From NCBI GenBank assembly GCA_021781955.1, contig JAJXVV010000004.1, positions 1,739-65,738 of the forward strand: DNA of 64,000 bases. The letters run 5' to 3'. Every line of letters starts with the position of its first letter. Position 1 is the first letter of the stretch. The stretch comes from a bacterium (GTDB lineage Bacteria > Patescibacteriota > Minisyncoccia > Phycocordibacterales > UBA2100). The notes below the pieces were generated by a model. The model was not told the origin of the DNA. It did no database searches and saw only the letters and a list, made by a program, of their open reading frames with translations. The position numbers and the translations under genes were made by a program. Positions 7,578-15,472 of this stretch are shown piece by piece.

Positions 7578-10500
7578 ATGATGTAAAAAAAGTCCTGCTT
7601 CTTGGATCGGGAGGGTTGCGTATCGGACAGGCGGGCGAATTCGATTATTCCGGCTCGCAAGCGATAAAAGCGCTCAAGGAGGAGGGCGTCGAGGTCGTGC
7701 TCATGAACCCCAACATCGCGACGGTGCAAACGGACCTGCCCGTCGATGCGCCCGCCAAAGCCGCGCCGAAGACTCGCCGCACACGTCCGGCACGCGCGCC
7801 GCAGCCGGACCAGAAATTCGCGGACACGGTCTATTTTCTTCCGCTCACCAAAGAGTTCGCGGCCGACGTCATCGCCAAGGAGAAGCCGGACGCCATCCTG
7901 CTCTCGTTCGGCGGCCAGACCGCGCTCAATCTCGGACTCGAACTCGAGGAGAGTGGCGTTTTGGCCGAACACGGCGTGCGCGTACTCGGCACGCCCGTCT
8001 CGACCATTCGCGATACGGAGGACCGCGACCTGTTCATCAAACGCTTGGACGAGATCGGCGTAAAGACCGCGCGTTCCGAAGCCGCGAACACGATCGAGGA
8101 AGCGCTCGAAGCGGCGCGCGAGCTCGGGTACCCGCTCATGATACGCGCGGGATTCGCGCTCGGCGGGCTTGGCTCGGGCGTCGTACAGGACGAGCCTGAG
8201 CTCACCCGGCGGCTCGAGGAGGTATTCCATTCCACGTCGCAGGTGCTCGTCGAGGAGAATTTGAGCGGCTGGAAAGAGGTGGAGTACGAGGTCGTACGCG
8301 ATCGGGCCGACAACTGCATCACGGTCTGCAACATGGAGAACCTCGATCCGATGGGCGTCCACACCGGCGAGAGCTTCGTGGTCGCGCCCTCGCAAACGCT
8401 TTCCAATGAGGAGTACCACCGCCTGCGCGAGATAGCCATCCGCACGATCCGCCACCTCGGCATCGTCGGCGAATGCAACATCCAGTACGCGCTCGATCCG
8501 CGCAGCGGCGATTACCGCGTCATAGAGGTCAACGCGCGCCTTTCGCGCTCCTCCGCGCTCGCCTCGAAGGCGACCGGCTATCCGCTCGCCTTCGTCGCGG
8601 CCAAGCTCGCGCTCGGGTACCGGCTTACCGACATCAAGAATTCCGTGACCGGCAAGACGACTGCCTGCTTCGAGCCCGCGCTCGACTACCTCGTCCTCAA
8701 AGCGCCGCGCTGGGACCTCGCCAAGTTCGATAATGCGGCTGCGCACATCGGCACGGAGATGAAGAGCGTCGGCGAGGTGATGGCGATCGGGCGCAGTTTC
8801 GAGGAGGTGCTGCAAAAAGCGCTCCGCATGCTTAACACCGGACTCGACGGCTTCGTTCTTGGCAAGCATTCCCCCTCCCTCGAACGCGCGCTCGATGAAA
8901 TCGAGCATCCGACGACGCGCCGCATCACGGCGCTTGCCGAAGCGCTCCACGCGGGCGAGAGCGTCGCGAGGCTGCACGAGCTTTCCAAGATCGACCCGTG
9001 GTTCCTCGAAAAGATGCGGAACATCGTCGCCTGCGAGGAACGCATCGCTCGGGAAGGCTTGGATCAGAGTAGTCTCACGCGCGCGAAGCGCCTCGGCTTC
9101 TCAGACAAGCAGCTCGCGAAACTCACCCGTTCGACGGAAGGTGCGGTGCGCACGTTGCGCAAGCGGCTGCGCGTGACGCCGGTCGTAAAGCAAATAGACA
9201 CGCTCGCGGGCGAATTTCCGGCACGGACGAACTACCTCTATCTCACCTACCACGGCAGCGAACACGATCTCAAACCCGGCCGCCGCTCGCAAATCGCCGT
9301 GTTGGGCGGCGGCCCGTACTGCATCGGGTCGTCGGTCGAGTTCGACTGGTCTTCGGTGCAAGCGTTGCGCACGCTCAAACGAGAGCGGCACGACACCATT
9401 ATGATCAACTCGAACCCCGAGACCGTCTCGACCGACTACGACATGTCGGACCGACTCTACTTCGAGGAGCTCTCGCTCGAGCGCGTGCTTGATATTCTCG
9501 ACTTCGAGAAGCCGCAGGGCGTCGTTATCTCGACCGGCGGCCAGATACCGAACAACCTCGCGCTCCCGCTCCACGAACACCGCGTGAACATCCTCGGCAC
9601 ATCTCCCGCCAACATCGATCGCGCCGAGAACCGGCACGTGTTCTCACAGATGCTCGACGAGCTCGGCATCGCACAAGCCGAGTGGGCCGAGCTCACGACG
9701 CCCGAGGAAGCGGCCCGCACAGCCGAGCGCATCGGCTATCCCGTCCTCGTCCGACCTTCATACGTCCTTTCGGGCGCTGCCATGAAAGTCGCGTACGATG
9801 CCGATTCTTTGATTGCCTTTCTACGGCGCGCGGTCGACGTTTCCTCCGACCATCCGGTCGTCATATCGAAATTCATCGAGAACGCGCGCGAGATCGAGAT
9901 CGACGGCGTGGCCGACAAAGGCGCGCTCGCCATCTACGCCATCACCGAACACGTCGAGAACGCGGGCACGCACTCGGGCGATGCGACCGTCGTGCTCCCG
10001 CCGCAGCGCACCTACCTCGAGACGATCCGCCGCGCCAAACTCATCACCAAGCGCCTCGTGCGCGCGCTCAACATCACCGGCCCCTTCAACATCCAGTTCA
10101 TCGCGAAGGACAACCACCTGCTCGTCATCGAATGCAACCTCCGCGCGTCGCGCAGCTTCCCGTTCGTCTCAAAGGTGACCGGCCACAACTTCATCGATAT
10201 GGCGGTGCGCGCGATGCTCGGCAAGGATATCAGCGGCCACTACCGCACCGTCGATCTCGACCTTGTCGCGGTCAAATCCCCGCAATTCTCCTACGGGCGC
10301 ATCAAAGGCGCCGACCCGCGCACCGGCGTCGAAATGGCATCGACCGGTGAGGTCGCCTGTTTTGGCGACTCTTTCAGCGAAGCGCTCCTGAAATCGATGC
10401 TCGCCTCCGGCATGCGACTGCCGAAAGGCAACGTGCTCGTCTCTGTAGGCGGCGAAGAAAGCAAGATAAAACTATTGCCGATCATGCGTCTCATGCACGA

Positions 10501-10834
10501 GATGAAGTTCTCGCTCACGGCGACCGAGCACACAGCCGACTTCTTACGCCAACATGGCGTGCCGTGCGAACGCGTCTACAAGCTGCGCGACAAGCGTGAG
10601 CCCAATGTCGGTGCGCTGCTCGAACGCGGCAGCCTCGACCTCATCATCAACATCCCGACCAGCGCCTTCGCCGGCGAAACGACCGACGGCTCGATCATCC
10701 GCCGCAAAGCGGTCGATCTCAACATCCCACTCATTACGAACAGGCAGCTTGCGGAAGCCTTCGTCAATGCGCTGCTCGAGCAGCGCGGGGACGGCCTCAA
10801 GACAAGGTCTTCGGCCGAATATTCGCGCGGCTAA
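7574..10834 (+). CDS. carB: Carbamoyl-phosphate synthase large subunit
   Basis: Two ATP-grasp halves, an oligomerisation domain and an MGS-like domain. The start [27 protein letters not shown] is canonical. It carries a low-complexity insert after VQTD. Confidence 0.9.
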   Translation: [1086 protein letters not shown]

Positions 10835-13443
10835 TCCCGCTTCTTTCTCAACACTCGTTTGAGGTAATGCCCCGTGTGCGAGCCATCGGTGCGGGAGACC
10901 TCTTCGGGAGTCCCCTGAGCCACGATCTGCCCGCCACCCGCGCCTCCTTCAGGGCCCATGTCGATGAGATAGTCGGCGCACTTGAGCATGTCGAGATTGT
11001 GCTCGATGACGACGACCGAGTTGCCGCGATCGACAAGCTTCTGCAGTATTTGTATGAGCTTCGCAACGTCGTCGTAATGCAAACCGACGGTCGGCTCGTC
11101 GAGCAAGTAGATGGTCTTGGTCGTAAGGGGACGATACAGTTCGGACGCGATCTTCACGCGCTGCGCTTCCCCACCGGAAAGCGTCGTCGCGCTCTGGCCG
11201 AGTTCGAGATAGCCGAGCCCCACGTCTATGAGCGTTTGCAGCCGATCGGCTATCGCCGGAATATCGTCGAAAAATCCGCGCGCCTCCTCGACCGTCATCG
11301 AGAGCACGTCGTGGATGTTCTTTTTCTTGTATTTCACCTCGAGCGTCTCTTTCATGAACCGCTTGCCATTGCACACGTCGCAGGTCACGTACACGGTCGG
11401 CAAAAAGTGCATCTCGACGGCGACGAGCCCATTGCCTTGGCAAGCCTCGCAGCGGCCGCCGCGCACGTTAAACGAGAAGCGGCTCGGCCCCCAGCCGCGC
11501 GCCTTCGCCTCATCGCTCATCGCGAACATATCGCGAATGTGCGTCCACGCGCCCGTGTAGGTGGCTGGATTGCTGCGCGGCGTGCGCCCGATGGGCGATT
11601 GATCGATGAGTATCGCGCGACCGAGATACTCGGTGCCAGAAAATTCCTTGGCGTTGTAAATTTTGGCCGTGCGGTAGCGCTTGTCGAAGCGCGCCCGCAA
11701 ATTGCGGTGCAGTATCTCGTAGAGGAAGGTCGACTTGCCGGAACCGGAAACGCCCGACACGACGACGAACTTCTGGAGCGGTATGTCCGCGTTGAGGTTC
11801 TTGATGTTGAATTTCTCTGCGCCGCGTATCTTCAGCTTGCCTCGATCGGCCGTACGGCGCTTCTCGGGAAGTTCGATGCGCTCCTCCTCGCGCAGGTACG
11901 CGAGCGTCCGCGAACCGCTCTTATTGGTCTTGGCGGTAAGCAAATCCTCAAGCCAGCCGGACACGACGATGGTGCCGCCGTGCGTCCCGGCGCCCGGACC
12001 GATGTCGACGAGGTAATCGGCAGCGAAGATCGTATCTTCATCGTGCTCGACCACGAGGACCGTGTTGCCGAGTTCGCGCAAGTGCTTCAGCGTCTCGATG
12101 AGCTTGTCGTTGTCGCGCTGATGCAGACCGATCGTCGGTTCGTCGAGCACGTAGAGCGCTCCGACCAATCCCGAGCCGAGCTGTGACGCGAGCCGTATGC
12201 GCTGCGCTTCGCCGCCCGAGAGCGTGTTTGCCTTGCGATCGAGCGTAAGGTATTCAATCCCGACATTGAGCATGAATTGCAGTCGCGACGTAATCTCCTT
12301 GATGATGACGCGCGAGATATCCTGTTCGGTTTTCGTGAGTTTCAGATCGCTGAAGAAGACGATCGCCTCTTCGATGGATAACGACGACAATTTGACGATA
12401 TCTGCGCCTTTCGCGGGCGCGTCGTGCGCTGCGGGTTCCTTTACATGCCCGAGGAACACGTTGAGCGCCTCGGATCGCAGGCGCGCGCCGTGGCACACGT
12501 CGCATGACTCGTCACCGAAGAGGTATTTCGTGCCGAGCCCCTTGCATTCTGGGCATGCGCCATACGGCGAATTGAACGAGAAGAGGCGCGGCTCGATCTC
12601 GGGGAACGAAAAGCCGTCGTACGCACACATGAACTTCGCCGACACGATGCGGCTTTCGCCTCCAACGTCGGTGATCTTCACGAGGCCGTCGGCCTCATGA
12701 AGCGCGCGCTCGATGGCCTCGAGCGCGCGCTCACGAGCGCCTTTCGGGTCGTCGCTGAACTCGCTCACGAAGATATCGTCGACGACGATATCGACATCGT
12801 GCTTGGAATTCTTCTTGAGCTCTATGCGGGAACGCAGCGATTTTTCTTCGCCGTCGACGACGGCCTTTTCGTACCCCTTGTTGAGCATGTCATACAAGAG
12901 CTGGTAATACTCCCCTTTTCGTCCGACCACGACGGGCGCGGCGATGCGGATCTTGTCGGTCGAGACGCCTTTCGTCAGCTTACCGCCGTTTGCGCCTTTC
13001 CGCACCGACTCAACGACCGCGAGGACCGACTCCAGTATCTCCTCATTGGAGAGCTTGCGCACCTCCCTGCCGCACTGCGGGCAGTGCGCGTGCCCTATCC
13101 GCGCGTAGAGGACGCGCAGATAGTCGTATATCTCGGTGATCGTCGCGACCGTCGAGCGCGGATTGTTCGAGCGACTCTTCTGATCGATGGATATCGCCGG
13201 CGAGAGCCCGGATATCTCGTCTACGTCGGGCTTTTGCATTTGCCTCAGGAACTGCCGCGCATAGGCTGAGAGCGATTCGACGTACTTGCGCTGACCCTCC
13301 GCAAAGATGGTGTCGAACGCGAGCGACGACTTCCCGCTCCCCGACAGCCCGGTGAACACGATCATCTTATTGCGCGGCATCTCGACGCTCACATTCTTGA
13401 GGTTATGCGTTCTCGCTCCCTTGATGATTATTTTATCTTCCAT
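10831..13443 (-). CDS. uvrA: Excinuclease ABC subunit A
   Basis: Two ABC ATPase modules ([12 protein letters not shown]; [10 protein letters not shown]), LSGGE signature motifs and zinc-finger Cys pairs. 870 aa. Confidence 0.9.
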
Positions 13444-13524
13444 AGACGCAAAAACCGCCCTCGTTCATTGCGAGGGGCAGGTAGGAGCAACTATATAGCA
13501 TGTTCGCCGCGATATCCACACTTG

Positions 13525-13549
13525 CATACATATTAGTGTATGCTAATAT
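13525..13549. promoter_or_regulatory. Nested palindromes in the uvrA/arsR divergent promoter region (candidate ArsR operator)
   Basis: GCATACA-TATTAG-TGTATGC overlaps ATATTAG-TGTATG-CTAATAT. Both are perfect inverted repeats. They end 6 nt before the arsR ATG, in an AT-rich stretch. Confidence 0.5.
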
Positions 13550-13555
13550 ATACCC

Positions 13556-13819
13556 ATGCATAAAAAGGCGGTACGGGCAGCGGTGAGCAACGAGACCCGC
13601 ACGCGCATCATCGCGTGCCTCGGCACCGGTCATAAGACCGTGAACGAGCTGCGCGCGGTATGCCGCCTTTCGCAATCAGCCGTCTCGCAGCACCTCATGC
13701 GGTTGCGCGCCGCCGGTGCGGTCGCGAGCGAGAAGCGCGGCCGCGAGCGCGTCTATCGCGCGACGCATCCGAGCATCGTGCGCGTATGCCGTTCGATTAT
13801 CAATCTTATCCGATCGTAA
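13556..13819 (+). CDS. ArsR/SmtB-family winged-helix transcriptional regulator; its C-terminus is chimeric with rhodanese-like sequence
   Basis: HTH region VNELRAVCRLSQSAVSQHLMRLRAAG plus the wing EKRGRERVYRA. The usual alpha5 helix is replaced by PSIVRVCRS, which matches the rhodanese active-site strand. Confidence 0.65.
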   Translation: MHKKAVRAAVSNETRTRIIACLGTGHKTVNELRAVCRLSQSAVSQHLMRLRAAGAVASEKRGRERVYRATHPSIVRVCRSIINLIRS

Positions 13820-13906
13820 TCTGCGCAGGGCTTCACGCACGTGACCAACCTCCAAGGCGGGATCGAGAACTGGGGAGCCGCCGGATATCCCACTACTACC
13901 AGCTAA
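13796..13906 (+). pseudogene. Remnant of a rhodanese (sulfurtransferase) C-terminal half, interrupted by the arsR TAA stop
   Basis: In the arsR frame the sequence reads HPSIVRVCRSIINLIRS-stop-SAQGFTHVTNLQGGIENWGAAGYPTTTS. The flanks match the rhodanese consensus (PIVvYCRSG ... GFxnVyNLxGGixaWxxAGYP). The loop between them is degenerate and contains the stop. Confidence 0.5.
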
Positions 13907-13927
13907 TTATCATTTAACAAAATCACT

Positions 13928-14554
13928 ATGGAACTATCTTATTTCCGCAAAAGCACCCGTTCGTTCAGCGAAACGCTGCAAGCGCTTAAGAAGGCTGTAC
14001 CAGCCTCCGGCCTGACCATTCTCGCCGAGAAAGAGCTCGAGAAGGACAAGAAAGCGATGGTGTTGGCTTGCAATCCCGACTGGGCAAGGCGGCTTATCGA
14101 CGCCGATCACCGCATCGCCGGCTTCCTCCCCTGCTCGTTCCTCGTGTTCGAGAAGGACGGCGCGGTCTACGTGGGGAGCGGCGAGGCGTCCATCATCCGC
14201 TCGCTCATCCAGGGCGGTCCGCTCGTCGAGCTCGCCATCGAAGCCGAATCTGCGAGCAGGGCCATCATCCACGAAGCAGCGGGCGTCGGCGAACTCAAGC
14301 CCATGGACGTCCTCGTGTATGCCACCATGACCTGCCCCTATTGCACGAAAGTGAAGGAATGGCTCACCGCGCACAAGATCGAGCACAAAGTCGTCCACGT
14401 CGATCTCGACCGCGAAGCGGGCCGCGCGATGGTGGAAAAGACAGGCCAAATGGGCGTGCCGGTCACGGAAATATCGTACGGCGAAGATGCGGAACCGGCG
14501 TTCGTGCTCGGCTTCGACGAAGCGCGCCTCATGGAGCTGCTCGCGACTCGCTAG
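13928..14554 (+). CDS. DUF302 domain fused to a glutaredoxin-like (CPYC) domain
   Basis: The N-terminal ~120 aa carry DUF302-type CNP and LPC motifs (MVLACNPDWARRL...GFLPCSFLVFE). The C-terminal ~80 aa carry the glutaredoxin active site YATMTCPYCTKVKEWL. Confidence 0.65.
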   Translation: MELSYFRKSTRSFSETLQALKKAVPASGLTILAEKELEKDKKAMVLACNPDWARRLIDADHRIAGFLPCSFLVFEKDGAVYVGSGEASIIRSLIQGGPLVELAIEAESASRAIIHEAAGVGELKPMDVLVYATMTCPYCTKVKEWLTAHKIEHKVVHVDLDREAGRAMVEKTGQMGVPVTEISYGEDAEPAFVLGFDEARLMELLATR

Positions 14555-15468
14555 AACAACGCGGCTTCCTCATGCAGTTCGATGTCGAACGTCGCGCGCA
14601 CGGCATCTTTCACCTTCGCAGCGAGCGCGCGCACGTCCGCCGCGCTCGCTGCGTTTTGGTTGACGAGGTAATTGGGGTGCTGGAGCGAGGCGATAGCGCC
14701 GCCGACGATCGCCCCTTTCATGCCGGCCTTTTCTATGAGCCAGCCGGCAGGCACTCGATGTTCGCGGGACCTTGCCCCCTTCTCCGCCTCGAACTGGGCG
14801 ACGATACCCGCAGGCGCCACGGGATTCATAAAATAGCTGCCCGCTGCTCGCACGTTTTGCAAATGCCTTCGTTCGCGCTCGGCGATGATTTCCTCAGCGA
14901 GCTTGGCGCTTTCCGTGGCATCAACTTGCTGTAGACGAAGGCGCACTCGCGTGATGACCCATTCCGGATGCTCCTTGAAAAAGCTGTGCCGGTACGAAAA
15001 ATCACACTCCGCATGCTGGAACGCTCGTATCTCCCCTGTCCCGGCGTTGAGTGCTCGCACCGAGATCACGAAGTCTTTTATCTCGCTACCAAAAGCTCCC
15101 GCATTGCCGCGCACCGCACCGCCTATCGAGCCGGGGATGCCCGCGAGCTTTTCCCAGCCGCCGCACTTGCCCATCGCGGCCGCTTCGATGAGTGTGAAGA
15201 GGTTCGAACCGGCCCACGTATCTATCTCGCAAGCGCCAAAGCTCCACAGGTTGCCGACGAAATGGACGACGAGCGCGTCGAGCCCTTCGTCGGGCACGAG
15301 CACATTGCTGCCGCCCCCCAAGATGATATGCCTAAGCTCGTTCTCCTTCGCCCACGCGAGGGCTTCCGTGACATCGCGCTCGCTGCGCACTTCGCATAGG
15401 TACCGTGCAGGACCGCCTATCTGAAAAGTCGTGAGCGGGGCGAGCGAGACGTTCTCGAGCCATTTCAT
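14551..15468 (-). CDS. murB: UDP-N-acetylenolpyruvoylglucosamine reductase
   Basis: FAD-binding domain (ILGGGSNVLV; GIPGSIGGAVRGNAGAFG) and a MurB C-terminal domain. Start set at MKWLENV, 5 nt downstream of the uvrB stop. Confidence 0.85.
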   Translation of the reverse strand: MKWLENVSLAPLTTFQIGGPARYLCEVRSERDVTEALAWAKENELRHIILGGGSNVLVPDEGLDALVVHFVGNLWSFGACEIDTWAGSNLFTLIEAAAMGKCGGWEKLAGIPGSIGGAVRGNAGAFGSEIKDFVISVRALNAGTGEIRAFQHAECDFSYRHSFFKEHPEWVITRVRLRLQQVDATESAKLAEEIIAERERRHLQNVRAAGSYFMNPVAPAGIVAQFEAEKGARSREHRVPAGWLIEKAGMKGAIVGGAIASLQHPNYLVNQNAASAADVRALAAKVKDAVRATFDIELHEEAALF

Positions 15469-15472
15469 GCAG

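Noticed and set aside
7334-8977. 547-aa ORF antisense to carB, with similar long antisense ORFs at 10867-12186 inside uvrA, 16562-17413 inside uvrB, 34641-35741 inside pyrB, 36087-37100 inside the aminopeptidase and 49987-52116 spanning dnaX-dusB-ftsQ
   Set aside because: These are typical stop-poor antisense frames of a high-GC genome. Their translations are Arg/Ala/Gly-rich with no motifs, and the opposite strand carries well-supported genes.
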